Shown here piece by piece: positions 10,324-18,391 of a stretch of 64,000 nucleotides of DNA; position 1 is the stretch's first letter, and the number at the start of each line of letters is the position of its first letter. The notes below the pieces were generated by a model, which made no database searches, was not told the DNA's origin, and saw nothing but the letters and a program-made list of their open reading frames with translations. The translations under genes and the position numbers were made by a program. The stretch is taken from the NCBI GenBank assembly GCA_040374085.1, contig JBEIVB010000001.1:10074-74073 (forward strand), given 5' to 3'. The stretch is from Flavobacteriales bacterium. Its GTDB lineage: Bacteria; Bacteroidota; Bacteroidia; UBA4408.

Positions 10324-11663
10324 TGCTTTTCATTCTTGGTTAAAACCTTATAACCATAGGCAGGTATGTCGAGCTTGGAACCGGCTTTTAGGGCTTCCTT
10401 TTTGTTCGAAAAGACATCCATCCAATTGCCAGTTTTACCTTTAGGCACCTCCCAAGAGCGCACATTGCCACCCAAATTGAGTGCTACCAAAACCTGAGAC
10501 AGAGAATTCTCGCGAGAAAAAACCAACATACCGTCCTCTGTTGAAGAATGCCAAACCAACTTACCTGCTTGTTCGCCTGCAAGAAGGGCTGGTTCACTCT
10601 TCTTGATCAAAAACAACCTTTCATAAAACTCGGCAAGAGGATAATCTTTCCAATCAATCGCATCTTTATCAAAGAACTTTAAGTGCTTCTGAGACCTTGA
10701 TTCCTGACCGGAATAGATTAAAGGCATTCCGGGCACAGTGGCCATTAAAACTGCCATAGGCAGATGTGCTTCGCCAAATGCTTCAAACTCGGTAGCATTC
10801 CATGAATTCTCGTCGTGATTGGAAGTAAAGTACATGCGAAAATCAGAGGGAAGGTATTGCTTCGGTTGATCTTCGAAGTATTGCTTCAAGTCTGCAATCT
10901 TTTTCTTGCCTGCAAAATAATCTTTACAGGTGTGATAAAAAGACCATGTATAGGTCATATCAAAGGCCTGGTGAAGTTCGGGTTTCTCTCCTTCTGCAAG
11001 CAATAGAAGAGGCTTTTGTTCTTTGAGCACCCTGCTGCAGGTAATCCAGAAATCGGTGGGAACCATTTCCGCTACATCGCATCGAAACCCATCCACGTTG
11101 GCTTTTTTGATCCAGAAGGTCATGGATGAAATCATTTCATCGCGCAGGGCAGGTTTATCGTAGTTCAAATCCAGGACATCGCTCCAATCGGGAACAGGAG
11201 GAATCATTTTTCCCTGTTCTTGCGTGTAAAATTCAGGATGTTGTGTTACCCAAGGATGATCGGGCGAGGTATGGTTGGCAACCCAATCGAGAATGACTTT
11301 CATACCAAGGTTGTGTGCTTCATTTACCAAGTGTTTAAAATCATCCAAGGTACCATGCTCGGGATTAACCTCGGTATAATCCTTCACCGCATAGTAACTG
11401 CCCAGTGACCCTTTTCGCTGTACCTCACCTATGGGAAAAATGGGCATCAGCCAAAGGATATCAACGCCCATTTTCTTCAGTCTGGGAAGGTGGCTTTCAA
11501 ATGCACGAAACGTACCCTCAGGGGTAAATTGGCGAAGGTTAACCTCGTACATCACGGCGTTGCTTGCCCAATTGGGATGAGCCGGCTGATTGGATCGAGG
11601 AGCTTGGGCATGCATCATTATGGAAATGATATTACACAGGGTGAAGACAGCTGTTTTTTTCAT
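10320..11663 (-). CDS. Alpha-amylase family glycoside hydrolase (GH13), secreted
   Basis: Signal peptide. GH13 conserved regions [11 protein letters not shown] (region I), [11 protein letters not shown] (region II), FTSNHDE (region IV). Confidence 0.8.
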   Translation of the reverse strand: MKKTAVFTLCNIISIMMHAQAPRSNQPAHPNWASNAVMYEVNLRQFTPEGTFRAFESHLPRLKKMGVDILWLMPIFPIGEVQRKGSLGSYYAVKDYTEVNPEHGTLDDFKHLVNEAHNLGMKVILDWVANHTSPDHPWVTQHPEFYTQEQGKMIPPVPDWSDVLDLNYDKPALRDEMISSMTFWIKKANVDGFRCDVAEMVPTDFWITCSRVLKEQKPLLLLAEGEKPELHQAFDMTYTWSFYHTCKDYFAGKKKIADLKQYFEDQPKQYLPSDFRMYFTSNHDENSWNATEFEAFGEAHLPMAVLMATVPGMPLIYSGQESRSQKHLKFFDKDAIDWKDYPLAEFYERLFLIKKSEPALLAGEQAGKLVWHSSTEDGMLVFSRENSLSQVLVALNLGGNVRSWEVPKGKTGNWMDVFSNKKEALKAGSKLDIPAYGYKVLTKNEKQ

Positions 11664-14116
11664 GTATTTAGGGTTTTAAAAGAATCTTCATTGGTTTGCG
11701 GAATCTCCAGAGATATTGCCGAAGCAAGATGATTCAGCGCTCGCTCGTACTCTTTTAAGTGAACCGGAACGCTTACTTCACCTTGGGAAGAAAGCAAAAA
11801 AGGCCACACCTTGAACAACTCATTTTGGGCTTGCCACCAATCGGGGGCAATGGACAATCTATTGAGTACGTTGAGGGTGCGGTTGATGTTGGTTACCGCT
11901 TTCAACTCGCCCTTTTTGTTGGGCAAATCACGAATTTCCAACATAATTCTTTTACCTGCCGCAAAGGCAATCTCTTCCTTCTCAAGCGGTACATTCCATG
12001 TTTGCACCTCCCTTGCCAGCTTCTCAATGCGAGCAGGATACAATCGGGCATGATCGAAGCAATGCTTTAGATCTTGGTTTACCACCAAAAACAAATTCTG
12101 CAAAAAGAGACTGGGTACGGGCAAATTGGCTGACCGGAGCACTTGCATCATGTTGTAATTTCGGTTGTAAATCTTGCGGTAGCTGTCTTGGGCTTGTTCT
12201 AAATCTTGATCGACAATTTGCCTGATTACCTTACGCTGCTCGTCTTTAAAAAGATTCCAAAGTGAGAACTTATCTTCGCCAAAGGAATCCTGCATATGGC
12301 CAATGACCTCAGAAACATTGGACGCTTCAAATGCGGCTATAACCTTTTGCTTCATGGCAGCATATTGGTCATCGTTCATCAAAGAAGAAGCATTTCCGAT
12401 GATGTGATTTTGTCCAAGATAAAGTACAGAAAAGTAGAACAACTTTTCTGAATACGTAATGTTTGAGAAAACCTTTGTTTTGCCCACTGCCAATCGAAGA
12501 GATCCAGCATCCATACGTTCGTAATCTTCACTCTCTGCCCGGTAATTGCAAATGGTGAGAGTTTCCGGAAACTCATCAAATAGTGAGGCTACCGCATAAT
12601 GCATGCCCACCTTGGTGAGAGAGAGCTGAACCGGATCAATCTCGGTTCGGAACAATTGGGCTGCATGGGCAATTTCAGGCTTATTACTCGGCACCTGCTC
12701 CAGCAATGTTAGGAAATCGGAGAGCAGCTGTACCTTAGTTTCACTTTCCGCCAATTGAATGGCCCGGGCCGCATATTGCAAAATTTGCACCGTTTCAATT
12801 CCACTTACTTCATCAAAAAACCAACCGCAACTCGTGTACATAAGCAAAGACTGGCGCTGCATTTCCAGCATGCGTATGAACTTAGTTTTTTGAGCCCCCA
12901 TGAGCTGTGCTCCGCAATGCGAAAAAATAAAACGATCGACATTGACTTCCGATCGATCCATCATTACTTCAATATAATGATTTCTTGCTCTCCAAACATC
13001 CGCAACAAAAGGAGATAGCTGCTCTTCAAAAATGGGTGTAAGCCGATCTCGTAACCAATCCAACGCACGGCGAAGAGGGCCTCGCCAGGATTGGTTCCAA
13101 GAAGGATTTCCGCCCGTATTGCAACCGCAATCGGAACGCCAGCGCTCGATTCCGTGCATGCAAGACCATGATGAGCTCTCTTCTATTTGTACTTCATGGG
13201 TGGGTGGAAATCGTTCTAGAAAAGCGGCATAATTGATCAGCTCAACACCTTCTGCTCGGGTCAATTCATCCAAACAAAAGGCAAGAGCCATGTCGCCGTG
13301 CTTGTGATGATGGCCATAACTTTCACCATCGGTTGCGATGTGAACCAGCTGAGGTTCTTCATGCATTTCAAATCGGGAAAGGAGTTCTGAAGCAAAGCTC
13401 TTTCCATCGTCCAAAAGGTGATTGAAAGCCACCTTACGAGAAGATTCTCCATCGTAAAAAAACACTGAGATCGACCGGCCACTCGGTAGATGAACCGCAT
13501 AAGGCCTGGTGGTGTTCAGGGTGTATTCGTTCACCGGTTCCCATACGCCCTGCTGCAATGCCTTCACAGCCCGCGCTTGGCGAGGAGCCAGCACTGTGAA
13601 CCTGATTCCATACTCGGCGAGCACCTCCAGCGTTTCCGTGTCAACAGCGGTTTCAGCAAGCCACATGCCTTCCGGTTTTCGTGCAAAACGATGTTCAAAA
13701 TCCCGTATGCCCCAGGCCACCTGAGTTTCCTTGTCGCGACGGTTTGCAAGCGGAAGAATGATGTGGTTGTAAACTTGTGCAATGGCATTTCCATGCCCTT
13801 GATTTACTGCTGCACTCTGAATGTCTGCATCCAAAATGGCCCGGTAAGCCAAGGGTGCATGCGTTTCTAGCCAATGCAAAAGAGTTGAACCGAAGTTGAA
13901 TGAGATGCCCCGATAATTGTTTACGATGTTGGTGATGAGTCCTTGAGCATTAAGAATGCGACTGAAGGCATTTGGACCATAGCATTCGAAGGCAATTCGA
14001 GAGTTCCAATCGTGAAAAGGGTGGGCCGAATCTTGCTGCTCTATAACTTCCAACCAAGCATTTTCGCGAGGCGGCTGGTAAAAATGGCCATGAATACAAA
14101 CAAAGCGGTTCGACAT
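11660..14116 (-). CDS. Glycoside hydrolase family 57 protein with C-terminal DUF3536-like region
   Basis: Starts MSNRFVCIHGHFYQPPRENAW, typical of the GH57 N-terminus. Listed ORF extends to 14176, but the internal Met at 14116 gives the conserved start. 4-nt overlap with the downstream GH13 gene. Confidence 0.7.
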   Translation of the reverse strand: MSNRFVCIHGHFYQPPRENAWLEVIEQQDSAHPFHDWNSRIAFECYGPNAFSRILNAQGLITNIVNNYRGISFNFGSTLLHWLETHAPLAYRAILDADIQSAAVNQGHGNAIAQVYNHIILPLANRRDKETQVAWGIRDFEHRFARKPEGMWLAETAVDTETLEVLAEYGIRFTVLAPRQARAVKALQQGVWEPVNEYTLNTTRPYAVHLPSGRSISVFFYDGESSRKVAFNHLLDDGKSFASELLSRFEMHEEPQLVHIATDGESYGHHHKHGDMALAFCLDELTRAEGVELINYAAFLERFPPTHEVQIEESSSWSCMHGIERWRSDCGCNTGGNPSWNQSWRGPLRRALDWLRDRLTPIFEEQLSPFVADVWRARNHYIEVMMDRSEVNVDRFIFSHCGAQLMGAQKTKFIRMLEMQRQSLLMYTSCGWFFDEVSGIETVQILQYAARAIQLAESETKVQLLSDFLTLLEQVPSNKPEIAHAAQLFRTEIDPVQLSLTKVGMHYAVASLFDEFPETLTICNYRAESEDYERMDAGSLRLAVGKTKVFSNITYSEKLFYFSVLYLGQNHIIGNASSLMNDDQYAAMKQKVIAAFEASNVSEVIGHMQDSFGEDKFSLWNLFKDEQRKVIRQIVDQDLEQAQDSYRKIYNRNYNMMQVLRSANLPVPSLFLQNLFLVVNQDLKHCFDHARLYPARIEKLAREVQTWNVPLEKEEIAFAAGKRIMLEIRDLPNKKGELKAVTNINRTLNVLNRLSIAPDWWQAQNELFKVWPFLLSSQGEVSVPVHLKEYERALNHLASAISLEIPQTNEDSFKTLNT

Positions 14117-14216
14117 GGAGAGTAAGTTCCGAAATCGAGGCCAAAGTAGGCAATTGTCATGAGAACACTTTGACAATTACTTTGTTCACCCATGAGATTG
14201 CAGTAGATTTGGTGCC

Positions 14217-15974
14217 ATGACTAAGGGGCATTTTGGGCGAGGTTGGTTTGCATTCTGTTTTTTCGTGTTGTTTTCGTCCTGCTTGTATGCTCAAAAAAAC
14301 GCAGTGGTAATCGATTCTGGGTGGGTTTCTCCTTTGGATGTTCCACTTGAGGTTTCGGGAAACTTTGGTGAACTAAGGCGCAATCATTTTCACTCTGGAT
14401 TGGATTTGAGAACCGGCGGAGAAGAGGGCCTGATGGTTCATGCCGTTTCCGGTGGGTTTGTTTCGCGGATAAAAGTATCTGCTGTAGGTTATGGAAAGGC
14501 CATTTACATTACGCATGCCAATGGCTTGGTTAGTGTGTATGCTCATTTGCAACGGTATGCAGATCCTATTGCTCAATGGGTTCGGAACAAGCAATACGAA
14601 CAAGAGTCGTTTGAAGTTGACATTCTGTTGAAGCCGGACCTTTTTCCGGTAAAGCAGGGCGACACCTTGGGCCTTTCCGGAAACTCAGGAGGTTCAGAAG
14701 GTCCTCATCTTCATTTTGAATTGCGGGATGTAAAAACCGAGTGGCCCATTAATCCTGAGCTGTTGGGGTTTCACACATCCGATACCATTCCACCCATTGC
14801 AGTTCAACTTGCTGCAATTCCATTAACGGTATCCAGTTGCGTCAACCGGAGTTTTCACACACGCAAATTCAAGTTCAAAAAAACACCATCAGGTTATCAA
14901 TTGGCAGCAGAAGATACTGTGGTATTACATGGAGTGGTAGGATTTGCCATTGAAGCCTATGACCAAGAGAACGCGAGTTCGAATCGTAATGGTGTTTACG
15001 AAACGGTGATGAAACGCGATGGAAAAATCTTATATCATTCCAAAATACAAAGCTTAGCATTCGAGCAAACGAGGGCCGTAAACGCTCATATTTTATATGA
15101 TGAAAAAATAAACAACGGAGAGTCTATTCAGCGGTGTTTTGTATTACCCGGTAATCCTTTGCCCATATACCCAACCAGACCCAATCGAAACGATTTGCTC
15201 TACGATCGAGACACGGTGCACACCATTTCTTTTGAGCTTACAGATGCAAGTGGGAATCGAACGGAGTTCTCTTTCCCTGTATCCTCGACCTCTGAGGTAA
15301 GGGTGCCCACGTCCATCACAGAGTCTACAGCAGAACCGGTGGCATTTTGGTACAGCAACGTTCCAAATCGGTTTAAACGAGACGGTATTGAAGTGTTTGC
15401 GCCCAAAGGAGTCCTGTATGACGATGTGCCGCTGCAGTTTTCGGTTGAACCCACAAAAGGCATCCTGAAACCGAGCCTCATAAAAATCCATCGGGAAGAT
15501 GTTCCGGTTCATACTGCTTTATCCATTGGCATAGATGCGCGGAACATACCCAAAAAATTAAAACGTTTTGCTTATGTGGCCGGATTGCAGAATGGCGACT
15601 GGGGATATGAAGGCAATGAGTGGGATGCTGCTCAGCATTGGATTCGAGCCAGAGCCAAACACTTTGGCTGTTTTTCTTTGCAGACCGATTCAACCAAACC
15701 AACCATTCAAATGCTGGAGGGACCCAAAAAGGGCAAATACTGGAGTGGAAAGGAAATACGATTTAAAATTTCGGATGCCCAAAGCGGAATTGGCAGCTAC
15801 AGGGGAGTGTTGGATGGAAGGTTCATTTTATTTGCATACGATGCTAAGAGCGCGACCCTTCGGTATGAGGTGGATACACATTTGACCTCCTCTTCAGAGC
15901 TGCACCTATTGAGTTTGGAAGTTGCGGATAGGGTAGGCAACGTACGGCGTTACCGTGTAAAATTCAGGCATTAA
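14217..15974 (+). CDS. M23 family metallopeptidase (peptidoglycan endopeptidase-like), secreted
   Basis: Signal peptide. M23 motifs HFHSGLDL (HxxxD) and GPHLHFELR (HxH). 585 aa with a long C-terminal extension. Confidence 0.75.
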   Translation: MTKGHFGRGWFAFCFFVLFSSCLYAQKNAVVIDSGWVSPLDVPLEVSGNFGELRRNHFHSGLDLRTGGEEGLMVHAVSGGFVSRIKVSAVGYGKAIYITHANGLVSVYAHLQRYADPIAQWVRNKQYEQESFEVDILLKPDLFPVKQGDTLGLSGNSGGSEGPHLHFELRDVKTEWPINPELLGFHTSDTIPPIAVQLAAIPLTVSSCVNRSFHTRKFKFKKTPSGYQLAAEDTVVLHGVVGFAIEAYDQENASSNRNGVYETVMKRDGKILYHSKIQSLAFEQTRAVNAHILYDEKINNGESIQRCFVLPGNPLPIYPTRPNRNDLLYDRDTVHTISFELTDASGNRTEFSFPVSSTSEVRVPTSITESTAEPVAFWYSNVPNRFKRDGIEVFAPKGVLYDDVPLQFSVEPTKGILKPSLIKIHREDVPVHTALSIGIDARNIPKKLKRFAYVAGLQNGDWGYEGNEWDAAQHWIRARAKHFGCFSLQTDSTKPTIQMLEGPKKGKYWSGKEIRFKISDAQSGIGSYRGVLDGRFILFAYDAKSATLRYEVDTHLTSSSELHLLSLEVADRVGNVRRYRVKFRH

Positions 15975-16023
15975 AGGCCTTTTGTTGAGTAAGAAAAACT
16001 TTCTACTTTTGCACTCCCAAGAT

Positions 16024-16098
16024 GGTGGATGTAGCTCAGCAGGTTAGAGCATCAGATTGTGATTCTGAGGGTCGCCGGTTCGAGCCCGGTCTTCCACC
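16024..16098 (+). tRNA. tRNA-His (anticodon GTG) with genomically encoded G-1
   Basis: Cloverleaf folded by hand: acceptor GTGGATG / CTTCCAC (one T-T mismatch), D-arm GCTC-AGCAGGTTA-GAGC, anticodon arm TCAGA-TTGTGAT-TCTGA, T-arm GCCGG-TTCGAGC-CCGGT, discriminator C73 pairing with extra 5' G-1. Confidence 0.85.
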
Positions 16099-16103
16099 CT
16101 AAG

Positions 16104-16134
16104 AGGCCTCCCAACGCGGAGGCCTTATTTTTTT
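16104..16134 (+). terminator. Rho-independent terminator downstream of tRNA-His
   Basis: Perfect 8-bp stem AGGCCTCC / GGAGGCCT with 6-nt loop, followed by TATTTTTTT. Overlaps the stop codon region of the convergent DUF3109-like gene. Confidence 0.6.
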
Positions 16135-16703
16135 GGGTGCAGCAAATCGGCCGCAACCTTAAGTTGGCGGTACCAAGCTGCTCCATATTTGCGTTCGAGA
16201 GGAGCCTTTAAAAACTCATAAACCTTAACACCCAGCTTTGCGCCGCAGCCTGTTGCAGGCTTGCAGACCTCCCAACGATCGTAGCGCAGAATGTCGAAGG
16301 CAGCCTTTTTCTGAACGCGAATGGGATACAGGTGGCAGGAAATGGGCTTTTGAAAAGAGGATTTCCCTGCCTGATACGCCTCTTCCATGCTGCATTTCGC
16401 CACCCCTTTGGTATCAAAAAAAACAAAGGCACAGGGGCCTTTGTCCGGCATGAGGGGGGTTACCCAATCTCCATCGTCATCTTTAATGCAAACGCCTTGA
16501 TCGGTCACTACTTGCTTTCCTTCTGCCGTCATGTATTCACCAATGGCATCCAGATTGTCGAGGATGAGATTCGCTTCGTCGAGCTCAAGTGGAGCTCCAG
16601 AGTCCCCCGCCACACAACAAGCACCCTTACAGGCGCTCAAATCGCAAACAAAGGCCTCCTGAAACAGAGCCTCATCAACAAGAGTTTGATCGATGGATAT
16701 CAT
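16125..16703 (-). CDS. DUF3109-like protein with Cys-rich CxxCxGxCC putative metal-chelating N-domain
   Basis: 192 aa. N-terminal CDLSACKGACCVAGDSGAPL resembles the CxxCGxCC zinc/iron-chelating (UPF0153-like) motif found in Bacteroidota DUF3109 proteins. Confidence 0.5.
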   Translation of the reverse strand: MISIDQTLVDEALFQEAFVCDLSACKGACCVAGDSGAPLELDEANLILDNLDAIGEYMTAEGKQVVTDQGVCIKDDDGDWVTPLMPDKGPCAFVFFDTKGVAKCSMEEAYQAGKSSFQKPISCHLYPIRVQKKAAFDILRYDRWEVCKPATGCGAKLGVKVYEFLKAPLERKYGAAWYRQLKVAADLLHPKK

Positions 16704-16705
16704 GT

Positions 16706-17467
16706 TTATGCGATTGAGGAGGTGGGGTTAAAGATCAGGTTTAAGGCCGGCATGCCTTCATGCCAAGGGACAAGGGCGCGGCCATCGAAGATAAAAACGC
16801 TGTATCCCATAGGCAACAAAGATTCCAATACTTGTTTGCGGTTCTCTGAATCCCACAATTCTGCTACCACCCATGGCTTCCAAAGGCGGAGGGTGGAAAT
16901 GGCACCTTTAATCACCGAAGATTCGAAATTCTCAACATCCAACTTAATAGCCGCAACGGGCACATCAGCATAATGGGCAGCCAGGAAATCATCCAGGGTA
17001 TCTACCGGTACGCTTTCCACCTCATCCTCTGAGCCGGCCGGCATTTCATTGGATACCACATGGCTGAGTCCTTGTTTTTTAACGCCTTTCAGGGTTGGCA
17101 TAGCCATGCTTAAGGTTCCTTTGCGGTCGCCCAAAGCAAGGGCATAAATGGAAAGGTTATGAATGCCATACGTTTCTCTTATACGCTGCAAAACCTCTCT
17201 GTTCTTCCGCATGGGTTCAAAAGCAAGCACCTGCTGTTTGGGATGAATGCGGCACATGTGCACACTCAAAATACCCAGGTTGGCACCCACATCCAGAATC
17301 AAACCCTCCTGAGGTACACAATCCAGAAAAGGAAATATGTGTCGCTCGGCTTTGTCCCATCGAAGGGTAAGTACTTTGAATTTGCAGAACCAAAATAGAT
17401 ACCGCTCAAAGCCCAGCAAACGCTGTAAAACAAACTGAAGCCACGCCTTCATTTCATCCGGACGCAA
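16706..17467 (-). CDS. FkbM-family SAM-dependent methyltransferase
   Basis: 253 aa. LDVGANLGILSVHM motif and overall FkbM (Methyltransf_21) pattern. 2-nt spacing to the DUF3109-like gene. Confidence 0.7.
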   Translation of the reverse strand: MRPDEMKAWLQFVLQRLLGFERYLFWFCKFKVLTLRWDKAERHIFPFLDCVPQEGLILDVGANLGILSVHMCRIHPKQQVLAFEPMRKNREVLQRIRETYGIHNLSIYALALGDRKGTLSMAMPTLKGVKKQGLSHVVSNEMPAGSEDEVESVPVDTLDDFLAAHYADVPVAAIKLDVENFESSVIKGAISTLRLWKPWVVAELWDSENRKQVLESLLPMGYSVFIFDGRALVPWHEGMPALNLIFNPTSSIA

Positions 17468-17495
17468 AGTCCAATATGGCAGTAGATGTATAACA

Positions 17496-18389
17496 TTATG
17501 GAAATGTTACCTCCTTAATCACAATGGATTCGGCACAAAACCAACCCACTGCGCGTACATTGGAATTTTTATTTTGGTTAAGCACGTTGGTGGGCACATT
17601 TACGGGCGGCCGGGCAAACAAACCGGTATTGGTCATTTGATTCTGAGCCAGGTTCAGAAAGGTATAAGTTGGAACACCAATGGAGTGCAGTTCAATGCGT
17701 GCCTTCTCTCCGGATTTGTACCGCTCTGGGGTGAGGCGAAAGATAATAGGAGGAATAAACTGAACTCCATCGGAACCGGGTCCAAACGCGCCATCATAAG
17801 CCAAATTCATATCCTGTGGATCATTGAAAAACACCCCGTTTCGGTAAGCTTTAAACCAATAGGCGTTGGCTTGCCCGGGAATATCTTTTGCCTTCATGGT
17901 TAACTGATAACCGGCCTCCAAGGTGTCTGGTCCACGCGTTTCAGCAGGCTTGTATTCATACCCCAAACTGTCTATATCCGGAACACTGTCCATCTTGGCT
18001 GCAGAGGTAAACTTTTCACCTTTGTAATTGATTTCGAGTACATATACATTGGGTGGAATGCCAAAAGGAATGGTTTGGCCCGGTGAGGGATTCCAAACAT
18101 AATCGCCGTTGGCATCGTCGTCTTTAAATTCAAAAACACGACCCAACAAGTCGGTGATTTTTACCGTTGCACCCAGCGCAGGTGGCAGTGGCGCATTGTT
18201 TAAATAAGGAGTGGTCATGCGCAAACGAATGACCTGAGTTCCGGGAAGATTATTTACAAATGCATCAACCTGGAGTTGCGGCTGTCCCTCGGGTGCAGCA
18301 ACGTCAACGCGATCTTCGCAGCCGGGAAACAGAACAACTGCTGCCAACAGCAACGCAACAAAAATCGGCATGTGAATTTTGGTGTTCAT
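17496..18389 (-). CDS. DUF4249-like lipoprotein (partner of CarboxypepD_reg TonB-dependent receptor)
   Basis: Signal peptide with lipobox LFPGC. Located 2 nt downstream of a TonB-dependent receptor, the usual Bacteroidota arrangement for DUF4249. Confidence 0.45.
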   Translation of the reverse strand: MNTKIHMPIFVALLLAAVVLFPGCEDRVDVAAPEGQPQLQVDAFVNNLPGTQVIRLRMTTPYLNNAPLPPALGATVKITDLLGRVFEFKDDDANGDYVWNPSPGQTIPFGIPPNVYVLEINYKGEKFTSAAKMDSVPDIDSLGYEYKPAETRGPDTLEAGYQLTMKAKDIPGQANAYWFKAYRNGVFFNDPQDMNLAYDGAFGPGSDGVQFIPPIIFRLTPERYKSGEKARIELHSIGVPTYTFLNLAQNQMTNTGLFARPPVNVPTNVLNQNKNSNVRAVGWFCAESIVIKEVTFP

Positions 18390-18391
18390 GA

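Noticed and set aside
16332-16973. 213-aa + strand ORF spanning the DUF3109-like and FkbM genes
   Set aside because: Lies antisense to two well-supported minus-strand genes with clear family motifs. No motif support of its own.
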